Assembly (NCBI GenBank): GCA_030295235.1 | Contig: AP026142.1 | Location: 496,001 to 560,000 of the forward strand | From: Fistulifera solaris | Taxonomy: Eukaryota | Direction: 5' to 3' | Length of the DNA: 64,000 nt | Shown: positions 51,783 to 61,895 of the stretch, piece by piece | Position numbering within the stretch: the stretch's first letter is position 1 | Layout: every line of letters begins with the position of its first letter | The notes under the pieces: model-generated | Told to the model about the DNA's origin: nothing | What the model saw: only the letters and a program-made list of their open reading frames with translations | The model's database searches: none | Position numbers and translations under genes: made by a program

Positions 51783-53824
51783 TTATTTTCTCCAACCGCC
51801 ATCGCAGTAGCTGACGCAGACGTATTCACATCCATCGCCAGTTCCGAGGCCTCGGAATTTGCGGCCGTACTTGCCAGAAGTGCCGGATTCTCCAGTGGGG
51901 CAGATCTTCTCGTACTCGCAGCACTCTAATGAACCTTCGCCGCTCTTGCTTCCACTCTTGCTACCGGAATCAGGGCAAAAGCAATCGCAACTGCAGACAA
52001 CATCATCGGTGGGGCAGTGGTGTCCCTTACCCTTTCCTTTACCGTGGTGATGTCCCTTGCCCTTGCCTTTACCCTTTCCTTTGCCGCCCTTGCCTTTTCC
52101 TTTACCCTTGCCGCTCTTCTTCAAGATACGACCACCACGCTTGCCGGCGTAGTCATCATCTGTGGCGTAATCGTCTTCAGCGACGTAATCGTCACCATCA
52201 TCGTCACTTGGGTGTTCACCACCAACACAGCACTCGCAGTCACAGTCGCAACCGGCGCCGTCGGTGTAAGAGTGAGTAGGATAGCAAACACCAGTGTTGT
52301 CATCGTCTTCCACAATCATGGCATCGTCGAAGTCTGGGCAGGGTTCAATGCAGACGTATCCGCATCCAGCTCCCTTGCTCGAGCCACCGTCGCAATCGTA
52401 AGAATACTTCAAGCAGCACTCATCGTCACTGATGGCAACAGGGGGTCGAACAGGAGGACGGACGGGGGGGAGAAACAGGGGGTCGAACAGGAGGAGAAAC
52501 AGGGGGTCGAACAGGGAGGAGAAACAGGGGGTCGAACAGGTGGGCTCACAGGAGCTGTTGGGACGATTTCGTCGTCGTCGCAGAAATCGACGCAGACATA
52601 GTAGCACTCTTCACCGCTCTTCGATCCGTTGTACTCGCAGACCTCTTCATATCCACAGCACTCGATTTCATCATCAGTGTGGTCATCATCGTAGTAACCA
52701 CCCTTTCCTTTGCCCTTACCCTTGGAGCTTCCTTTGCCTTTTCCTTTGCCTTCAGGAGTGGGAGGCGACACAGGAGGACGGACGGGAGGAGATACCGGAG
52801 GTCGTACAGGCGGCGTTACTGGAACAGTAGGAATGACATCCGGGGTAGGAGGAGACACCGGAGGGCTGACCGGGGGAGGAACAGGAGGTCGTACAGGCGG
52901 CGTAACAGGAACAGTTGGAATGACATCCGGGGTAGGAGGAGACACCGGAGGAGGAACAGGAGGTCGTACAGGCGGCGTCACAGGAACAGTTGGAATGATA
53001 TCCGGGGTAGGGGGGAGACACCGGAGGACTGACCGGGGGAGGTACCGGAGGAGGAACAGGAGGTCTCACGGGCGGAGTAACCGGAACAGTTGGAATGATA
53101 TCCGGGGTAGGGGGGAGACACCGGAGGGCTGACCGGGGGAGGTACCGGAGGAGGCACAGGCGGCGTTACCGGAACCGTTGGAATGATATCCGGGGTAGGA
53201 GGAGACACCGGAGGGCTGATAGGGGGGAGACACAGGTGGCGGAACCGGAACGGGCACAGGGACAGTGGGGATGATGTCCGGAGTTGGTGCTGGTACGGGT
53301 GCAGGGACGGGCACTGGAACCGGTACCGGAACGGGCACAGGGACAGTGGGGATAATGTCCGGAGTTGGTGCTGGCACTGGCGCAGGGACTGGAACAGGGA
53401 CCGGCACGGGCGCAGGAACCGGAACAGGGACTGGCACGGGCGCAGGAACCGGAACAGGCACAGGAACGGGTACAGGTCTTGTGGGGACGATATCCGGCGT
53501 AGGAGCAGGGGGGAGGGGAGTATCCGTCGGAGCCTCGCCGGTTGGTTCAGGGCTGGGAGCGTTTTCAGGGAAATCGCAATTGCATACGAGCTCGTCGCCA
53601 ACTTCGTCACAGAAACAACACTCATCTTCACAGGCAGAGCAATCTTGGAAGCACGCCGGATGAGGTTCCTCAGGGCTTCGTTTCGGCGGGCATCGCTCGT
53701 AGCAGCAGGCGCTGAGGACGCTCAACTCGCGAGAACGGGTTTTGTCACAGCCAGCTTTCTCAGGCTTCGCGCTGTCAACAGCCAACAGAGAGAGCAGTGC
53801 CAAAGTCACTGAAAGAAACTTCAT
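51783..53824 (-). CDS. Secreted Cys-/Pro-/Lys-Gly-rich repeat protein (cell-wall/biosilica candidate), paralog A
   Basis: Signal [19 protein letters not shown], RxL sites, (PV)n, [10 protein letters not shown] and PPVS repeats, GKGKG tracts and Cys modules. Broken at several G-runs but collinear with intact paralog B. Confidence 0.75.
52430..53500 (-). repeat. Coding tandem repeats (PV)n / [11 protein letters not shown] / PPVSPPVR
   Basis: Repeated nucleotide units such as GGAACAGTTGGAATGATATCCGGGGTAGG and GAAACAGGGGGTCGAACAGG on the + strand. Confidence 0.85.
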
Positions 53825-54547
53825 TGTGCAGGTCACTCAATACTTTAATGTCCACGTAATGAGTTGTTATACGTCTGAAATTTTTTGTGAGGATGGAAAG
53901 AAAATGTGCAAAGTGAGAGATGTGATTCGAAAGGAGTGGTGACGAGGCGTGCGACACGAACTGTCCAACGGAGTGTCCGCCCGACTCAAACACTTAAGGG
54001 GAAGTCGACGCAAAAAAATCGCATGGCACTAAAAATTTCGCACGGGTGATGAAATTTCCCGTGCCCAAGTCGACAGAGGTGCACCATGGACGTTTTGGCT
54101 GAATGAGACCTCGACTTCACGAATCATCAACGAAGGTAATCTCAATTGGTATGAATAATTGATAGAAAGCCTGATGTTGCCTGAACGAGTGTCCATCTAG
54201 CGAGTAGTGTCGTTGCTAGATGGTTGTTCGAACCGATTGATCGCGAAGCTGTTTCACCGAAGTTCGAGCCTTTTCATTTCGCTTTGATATCTGTTACGCA
54301 GACTTCGAAAGGTAGGAGAATGCGATATCAATGGAAAATAGTGCCTGCAATTTGCAATCGGTATGGACGAGGCTCCGCAAATAATCACAAGCGCCGAGAC
54401 GATTGAAATGACTCAGACCTCCCCCGCTAACGTTTGTTGGCGTTTACGCAAAACGAATAACGAATCTCACACAATAGTCGTTTTTCTTTCAAGTATCCAA
54501 CACTTATTGTTTTATTGGCCGTACCTTACTTTTATCGCAAACTGCTG

Positions 54548-54835
54548 TGAAACAATTGCGAGAGCACAAATTATAATGACGAAAGGGAGGTGCAAGTGCC
54601 GTGCGCCTTCCGTTTGTTTCGACTCCAATCCACTGGCTCTGCTGCCAACACAGCGTCTAAGTAAATTTGAACAAGATTGGCTTGCTGGCGCTCGGAATTT
54701 TTGAAGATAGTTTGTCACATAGGCGCTATCTATCGTTTCAAATTTTCTCGTACATACAAGTACGTATAAAGTCAACATTATGTATCAATGCTCAACCGGT
54801 GACAAAAAACCAAAATTTTTATTCCCACCGCATCA
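54548..54835. promoter_or_regulatory. Conserved non-coding block upstream of paralog A (copy 1)
   Basis: Alignable by eye to 57611-57857: TGAAACAATTGCGAG, TTATAATGACGA, AAATTTG.ACAAGA.TG.CTTG, CTGGCGCTC, ACCGG.GACAAA and TTTATTCCCAC. Confidence 0.6.
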
Positions 54836-55879
54836 CGACAAAAAAAGTCCCACGTTTGTCGGATGGGGAAAGCCGGCCAGCTATTCTACTTTTGGATGTA
54901 TAGTACAGTTTGTGTTCATTATTTCCGTTGCTACACATCACGTTATACCGGAGGAGGTCGCGACTGACTGGAGGAAACGAAAAATTGCACATGTCAGTAT
55001 TCTCACAAGCACTTGGAACATATGGACAATGAATAATCTTATGTTATTTCGTTCATTAGGTTCGATGTCATGATAATCTGATGTAAAAGCTTGTTATCCC
55101 TCCTTTCTGGTGCTAACATAACTTTCGAAAGGATGTATTGCACCTCCGAATGTTCTCTACTACTGTACTGACGACAAGCGGCTGTCGTTCAAAGAGAACC
55201 GAATTGCCGAAGATTGCCTGATAACAATGAATTATGGCCGCAAAACAGATGTGGTAGTTGTTAAAGATGGAACCACCCTTACTGCATGTAAAATCAGTCG
55301 GTTAGCCAAAGCTATAATCAGCGACCAAAATTACGTTTTCATCACCATGCGTAGTACCAGCGTCTTCGGCAACGAACAGTCTTTCAAGAACTTTGTCAAG
55401 GCCAGCATCAATCAAAATGATTGTTCCAAAGCATTCGTGCCCAGAACGTATCGCAACAAAATATGCAACCGAATTGATTTCGTCCATATTGGTAAAGCGA
55501 CAAGCTGAGCTTGCAGTGGGTGCAGCAGCGTTTGCTAAAGTACAAAATATTCGCGTTTCTTATCGCTTGACGGAAGGATATAGGATAGATGCAGATGCCG
55601 GGGTCCATACCTCTGGTGGAGTTAGGGTGTGTACAGCTCGAGAATCATTGAATTGGCTGGTGTCGTGTGTTTGTGAGCTGAGTGAAGCATCATCTACTTA
55701 ATTCAAAGAAAAAAACACAGATATTTTATTTAACAGTAATCAGCGATTACAAATAAAGTTCGTACTTGTAAGTTGATAGCATTCAGCATCAATGTAAACA
55801 AGACCAAATGCGAGTGCTCTAGGATTTCTTTTTTAACAGATAGATGGCTAGGAAGACTGACACGGAACTCGCGAAGTGT

Positions 55880-57124
55880 TTATTTTCTCCAACCGCCGTC
55901 GCAGTAGCTGACGCAGACATATTCACAACCATCTCCAGTTCCAAGCTTTCGGCCGCCAGAGTGTGTGGGGCAAATCTTCTCGTATTCGCAGCACTCTTTG
56001 GCACTGTCATTGCTCTCATCAGGGCAATAGCAATCACAGCTGCACACAACATCGTCAGTAGGGCAGTGGTGTCCCTTGCCCTTGCCTTTGCCGCCTTTGC
56101 CCTTGCTTGATCCTTTACCGCCTTTGCCCTTGCTTGATCCTTTGCCACCCTTGCCCTTACTACTGTGTGCGCCACCTGTGCAGCACTCGCAATCACAGTC
56201 GCAACCATCGCTGTCGGTGTAAGAGTGTGCGGGGAAGCAAATGTCAATGGGAATGTCGTCGTCTTCATCCACAATGTCAGCCACAGGGGGTTTGACAGGT
56301 GGGCTCACAGGAGCAGTGGGGACAATCTCCTCATCGTCGCAGTAGTCCACACAGACGTAGTAGCACTCTTCACCGCTCTTGGATCCGTTGTGCTCGCAGA
56401 CCTCTTCGTATCCGCAACACTCGATTTCAGGGACAGGCGGCGATACAGGGGGCCGGACAGGAGGAGACACAGGAGGTCGTACAGGTGGCGAAACCGGAAC
56501 AGTTGGAATGATATCGGGGGTAGGAGGCGACACCGGAGGTCTGACCGGAGGAGAAACAGGCGGTGACACCGGAGGGCTTACTGGGGGAGATACCGGAGGT
56601 CTCACGGGCGGAGTAACCGGAACAGTTGGAATGATATCCGGGGTCGGAGGAGAAACAGGTGGCGAGACCGGAGGGCTGATTGGGGGAGAAATAGGCGGCG
56701 AAACCGGAACAGGGACCGGAACGGGCACAGGAACAGGCCTCGTGGGGATAATGTCTGGGGTTGGTGCTGGCACAGGTGCAGGGACTGGAACAGGGACCGG
56801 AACAGGCTGAGGGACGGGCACAGGGACCGGAGCCGGTACAGGGACTGGAACAGGCACCGGGACGGGGACGATCTCGCATTCGCAGTCACAATTGAGCTCG
56901 TCACCAACCTCCGAACAGATGCAGCATTCGTCTTCGCAGGCAGAGCAATCCTCGAAGCAAGGAGGATGAGGGGCGTCGGGGGTTGGTTTCGGGGGGCATC
57001 GCTGGTAGCAACAATTGCTGAGAGCACTCAAGTCCCGAGCAAGTTTACGGCGGCAGTCATCAGGCTGTGCGCTGACCGCGGACAGAAGGGATAGCAGTGA
57101 CACGGACACTGAAAGGAATTTCAT
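55880..57124 (-). CDS. Secreted Cys-/Pro-/Lys-Gly-rich repeat protein (cell-wall/biosilica candidate), paralog B
   Basis: Intact ORF with signal MKFLSVSVSLLSLLSAVSA, RRKLARDL, (SSKGKGGKG)x3 and the same C-terminus as paralog A ([21 protein letters not shown]). Confidence 0.85.
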   Translation of the reverse strand: MKFLSVSVSLLSLLSAVSAQPDDCRRKLARDLSALSNCCYQRCPPKPTPDAPHPPCFEDCSACEDECCICSEVGDELNCDCECEIVPVPVPVPVPVPAPVPVPVPQPVPVPVPVPAPVPAPTPDIIPTRPVPVPVPVPVPVSPPISPPISPPVSPPVSPPTPDIIPTVPVTPPVRPPVSPPVSPPVSPPVSPPVRPPVSPPTPDIIPTVPVSPPVRPPVSPPVRPPVSPPVPEIECCGYEEVCEHNGSKSGEECYYVCVDYCDDEEIVPTAPVSPPVKPPVADIVDEDDDIPIDICFPAHSYTDSDGCDCDCECCTGGAHSSKGKGGKGSSKGKGGKGSSKGKGGKGKGKGHHCPTDDVVCSCDCYCPDESNDSAKECCEYEKICPTHSGGRKLGTGDGCEYVCVSYCDGGWRK

Positions 57125-57610
57125 CGGGAAGGTCACTCAATTCGCTTGATTTGATGGTAATCTGCTGTGTTGTAGACGACGAGCAAGGGATATTTGGGTG
57201 AGATTAGTCCTTTTGAAGCAGCGTATGATACGATTAATAACAAGCTTAGATGGAGCCAAATTAGACCACATGCACGGATGATTCTTGGATAGCAATTCGA
57301 TCCAGTAATTCAGAAGCTGTTTTAACGGAATTCGAGACTTCCCTTTTCACTTTGTTTGCCGTAATTGTCAGTGCCAACACATGACCTGGGTGCGAGTTGA
57401 TTTTGTTCCGATGCTCTTAATGTTTGAATGACGGAGTTTCTAATTTGCAAAAGTGCCATCATCAAATCAAATGCCCGGCTCGACGGCCTCTGCGAACATC
57501 CGATGCGATGATGCAGAACAAAAGGAAAACTCATACAAACATTATGTTGTCTTTCAGGCATTCATCATTCAATGTTTCATTGGACGTACCTTGCTTTCGT
57601 CGCGAATTGA

Positions 57611-57857
57611 TGAAACAATTGCGAGGGAACAATTTATAATGACGAGAGGGGATGCAAGCGTAGTGCTCTCATCTTTGTTCTGCGTAACAACCGCCAGCTC
57701 TATTGCCAATCTTGTAGGCTAATCAAATTTGTACAAGACTGACTTGTCTGGCGCTCTGAAAATTATTTGACGATTGTTCTATTGTTTGTCGATTGCTAGA
57801 CTACATCGTATCTTGTTCAACCGGCGACAAAGGACAAAAATTTATTCCCACGGATGC
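57611..57857. promoter_or_regulatory. Conserved non-coding block upstream of paralog B (copy 2)
   Basis: Same ordered set of shared words as 54548-54835. Confidence 0.6.
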
Positions 57858-58064
57858 ATGTGCACGTTTGACCTATCAAATACGATGATGAAAATGTCTT
57901 ACCGGTCTAAAATTCCGAGTATTCGTATAGTCCAGATCGTGATCCTCTTTTACTACCTCTTATTATGTACTGTCGTCTTCCGCTTACTCTATCAAGAAAA
58001 ATGAACAGCTAACGCATGACTACTTTTTTGTTTTTCAAATTTTCAAAACACGATCGATTATTAG

Positions 58065-58206
58065 AGGCGGTCCGGGTAAAGGTCAGACGCACAATGGAGT
58101 AGATGGATGGAGACTGGAGCTTTTGATTGGGGTTCGGGGTTCGGGGTCGCATTACCCGCTCTCGACTCGATCTCCAAGTTCTGAGAGGGTACCCGGTTCC
58201 GCACCT
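58065..58206. ncRNA. Candidate structured non-coding RNA / long imperfect hairpin with (GGGGTTC)n tract
   Basis: Nested complementary segments GCGG/CCGC, CCGGGTA/TACCCGG, TCAGA/TCTGA and TGGAG/CTCCA, plus G-U-rich inner stems. It is a GC-rich island in AT-rich intergenic DNA. Confidence 0.35.
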
Positions 58207-58616
58207 GGTAAAGGGGGAAAATAATGAAACAGTCCAGTGTGTTTACGCATAGGTACCAGTCAAGTCACACGGTTAAATTGGGCGGCAAAGCCTAACTATT
58301 CACGGCTTACTATGTATCAGCTTCAACGTTAGACCACACAGAGATCGTCAAGCCGCCAAGAGCATATAGTTAAAGAGGTAAATATGTCATTGTCACTCAA
58401 AAGGGAGGTCGAGCAAAAGAAGCTCTTACCTAGACCCAACGCACTACTTGATATTGTACAACCTAAAAAAATGAAGTCTTCTAATCTAGAACAAATACAC
58501 GAAGAAAGAAGACATATTGTTCAAGAATGCTATGCAGCTTTAGATCCAAGCAGATGAATGCATCATCCATCTCTCTTCGATTCCAACACAAGCTTAGCAA
58601 TTTATATACTTGTTTT

Positions 58617-59497
58617 TCACTTTTTTCCAGATGCAAAAGCCTCGCGCTCAAGTCGTTTAACTTCTTCGCGTTCCGCTGTCGCTCTAGCACCATCGCGCTC
58701 CGCCTGCTGCTGTAACAGAAACCATTTCTTCTTTTGATTTAATGAAGGCGCTTGATAAATTCGCAACTTGAAATCAATCTCACGCAGAACTAGTCGAATG
58801 TGTGAATGTTTGTGCTCCATTCGTCCGGATCTACCTCTCCCCATAGGTTTGATACGTTTGAGGGGAGTCCCTTTGGTGGCAAAACATTCGGCCACTTCCA
58901 ACTGGCTCGGTTGAAGGCTGTCCTTGAGATCGGCCCGGTTCGCAGTCCGCTTCAAGGCCTTTTGCACAATGGGAGCTTTGGCTTTTTGGCAAAATTCCAG
59001 CTGCGTCAACGCTTCGGGCAACGGCAGGCCCGATACCAATTGACAAATGCGATTCAATTTCCAGGGCGAGTGTCGAATGTTCTTTTCCTGTCCAACATAG
59101 GTCCGCATGCGACTGAGACGACGTTTGACAATATGCGGCTTGAGTTTGGGATGTTTTTGCATGTCAAAAGCGGCGAAACGACGGCCGTCTTCGGTGTGAA
59201 TGATTTGTGGAGCAATGAGGGTCGGTGCTGCCTGTGCTTCGGTACCCGCTACCGTACTTTGCGATCGTGTTGATGATACATAGTTGAGATTATTCATGAC
59301 TAAAGATAAGGACGAATAAAATGATTTTGATAAAGGGACAAAGCGATTGAATGATGTGGAGAGTTGCGAAGACGAAGAAGAAGTGATCGAGAGGCGAGCC
59401 GATCGCTTTGTGACGATGCCGGGAACGGCGGACGCTTCATTTTTAATGTCCAAACGGCCAGTTTACGGCACAACGATCCCAATAGCAAAGAAGACAT
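58617..59497 (-). CDS. MRPL22: Mitochondrial ribosomal protein uL22
   Basis: IRHSPWKLNRICQLVSGLPLPEALTQLEF and KRIKPMGRGRSGRMEHKHSHIRLVLRE. Ser/Arg-rich presequence. A likely ATG at 59497 needs a one-base shift at ~59457. Confidence 0.85.
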
Positions 59498-59766
59498 CGC
59501 TAATTGTATAATTTACACGGAGTTGTTTTTGATAACTTGTACAAAATGGATGTTTTCCTAACATGGGCATGGCTGTATTGTTTGTGCGGTTGCTGATTGT
59601 TTTCGTGCAAGTCGTCGAAATCGACGGCCTTTTTTCAACCCGCCTGATAGATGACAGACGGACTGCTTGAGTCATGAGCCACGAGTCACGCAGTGGCGCA
59701 GCCGTTTGCATGTTTACTCGTCGCCGTACAAGTATTTGATACTTGATTCTTCGATTTCATAGATTG

Positions 59767-60948
59767 ATGTATGCATTTATTATTATTCTTATCTTTCTTA
59801 AGTTAACAATACTGTCTAAGGCATGGGTCGCAAAAAAAGCTTTCCTTTTTTCGGGCAACAAGCGGTTGTCGCTCACCGTCGACGGATATGCCGATGATGG
59901 CTGGACATTCAAGCAAACATGCTGGCCACAGAAACAAATGCAACGGTTGTGGGAGAAGGAGCCGCACACCCTACTAACTTTACATGTGCGTTGCATGATA
60001 AACGATCAAGACAATGCTCTCAACTCGACCGCAATAGCCGATAGTGTCTTTTCATCACATTTCCAATCAACATCCCCGTCGGCATTCAAATCTACCTTTC
60101 AAGCATTCTATGAAGGTTGTTTTCCAACCATTGATACCCAGACGAACGCATCAATGCCCACAGAAAAGCGAAAGAAAATATCCTACCGACTGGATTTCGC
60201 TTACGATGGCACGCAATTCGCCGGATGGCAGAGACAAGCCGATGCCAAGCTTAGATCGGTCCAGGAGTGCTTAGAGGAGTACTTTTGTCGGTTAACGGGA
60301 GAAGAAGCAGTGGATATACGAGTGGCTGGGAGGACCGATGCTGGTGTTCATGCCGTGGGCCAGGTGGGCCGAATCCGCTTGTGTCAACCCTTGATGCATC
60401 GACAAATAACAAGAGTAAACAATCTGTGTGTTTGGGCCATCACCGAAGTTCCGTCCAATTTTCATCCTTCGTTCGGTTCGAAAAGCAGATCTTACGTTTA
60501 TATGATCGACGCGTCGGCTCTGGATAGTCTTTTCTTACAAGAATTGCCAGGGAAAGGCAACCCGGATTCAGTAAAGCAAGATGCTCTGTCCCATCTTGTA
60601 GAACGAGTAAATGAACTGCTGGAGCCACTCGTGGGTCAGGACCTGGACTACTTTGCTTTTAGTTACGGTCGAGTCAAGACGGAAACAACACTCTGTTGCC
60701 TTTCGCATACTTGTGCTCGAATCGTCCAAAAGTGCAATGATAAAGATCGTGCCATTGCCATCGAGTTGACGGGAAACCGATTTCTCCGGAGAATGGTACG
60801 AATTCTTGTTGCCACTGCTATACAGTATGCTTTGTTTCCAGAGTCTTCCGATGAAACGCTTCTGAGTCTTATTGAGTTGCGAGATCGATCCAAAACGGCA
60901 CCTCCAGCACCCGCTGCTGGTCTTGTTTTCATTGGTGCTGATTGCTAG
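59767..60948 (+). CDS. truA: tRNA pseudouridine synthase TruA/Pus family, organelle-targeted
   Basis: YDGTQFAGWQRQ, catalytic AGRTDAGVHAVGQ, RSYVY, GNRFLRRMVRILV and APAAGLVF. Signal ends SKA-W. Confidence 0.88.
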   Translation: MYAFIIILIFLKLTILSKAWVAKKAFLFSGNKRLSLTVDGYADDGWTFKQTCWPQKQMQRLWEKEPHTLLTLHVRCMINDQDNALNSTAIADSVFSSHFQSTSPSAFKSTFQAFYEGCFPTIDTQTNASMPTEKRKKISYRLDFAYDGTQFAGWQRQADAKLRSVQECLEEYFCRLTGEEAVDIRVAGRTDAGVHAVGQVGRIRLCQPLMHRQITRVNNLCVWAITEVPSNFHPSFGSKSRSYVYMIDASALDSLFLQELPGKGNPDSVKQDALSHLVERVNELLEPLVGQDLDYFAFSYGRVKTETTLCCLSHTCARIVQKCNDKDRAIAIELTGNRFLRRMVRILVATAIQYALFPESSDETLLSLIELRDRSKTAPPAPAAGLVFIGADC

Positions 60949-61895
60949 CCTCTCTAGGACTATACCGAGCTGCATAGACTAGATAATTGTATGATTAACT
61001 ATTCAACGAGTGGGATAGATACTTAGTTTGCAGACCCGCGACCTGTTCGATGTTCGAGGAAAAATGGGGGTGCGGGACTGAAAAACGCTTTTGGACGGAG
61101 CGTGTCATAATGTAAAGGACGACATTACTCCTTGGGACGAATGACGAGCCACTGGTGCCGCAACCACTCCCCAACATCGGATATCTCTAGAGAGCAATAT
61201 ATTATTTCCTTCCTTGCCATCTCGCATATCGGAAAACAGATTGTCGATCACAATATCTTGTGCTTGAGGTGAGCTCCAATCCGATGATGATTCATTGAAA
61301 ACAATGATTGCGGCTGTCTATTTTTAATCGTGAATCACTCGTGATCTGGCATCTTTCCGTTGGCATCATTCTCGTCCGTTCGCAAACCAGACTACTCTGA
61401 AGACTTGAGTTGAATGGTGACACCACTCGTGTCAGTGGTTTGACGCCACTTGATACGTCAGCAGTCGATAACGCTGACAGGACAGACGGTTCTTCGTTTT
61501 TTACGCAGAATTTGCCGAAGGTTCTTTCTTCGAATTCTCATCGATTTCCGAAGAGCAATAATTTGGTTGTTTTGTTCTCTTCCCGATTGAAAGCAATTCA
61601 AAACATTCGGGTCATCCATCGATACAAAGACCAAAGTCAACACCTAATCCCAATTCATCATAAACACACTTTGTTTATTAAATAATGACACAACATCACA
61701 CAAGGTGCGATTGCTTTCTCTGAAAATACACTCAGCTTGAGATTCGTAGATTCTATAAAGAAGCGCGTGCTTCGCGTGTGTTTCGCGTGTATCATTGGTC
61801 GTTCGGTTTCTTTTCTTTCTTCCTCTTCGACTGAATTCTTACAGCTCTTTTTTCGTTTCAAATATTATTGATTGATTGATAGATTAAAATCAACA

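Noticed and set aside
52409..53663. Repeat array as CRISPR, or plus-strand Gly/Thr-rich ORFs as genes
   Set aside because: There are no unique spacers or cas genes in this eukaryotic context. The repeats are the Pro-rich coding stalk on the minus strand, and the plus-strand ORFs are antisense shadows.
51783..57124. Calling the paralogs frustulins or silaffins
   Set aside because: No CxGDCD acr repeats and no Ser-dominated silaffin repeats. Only general features are shared.
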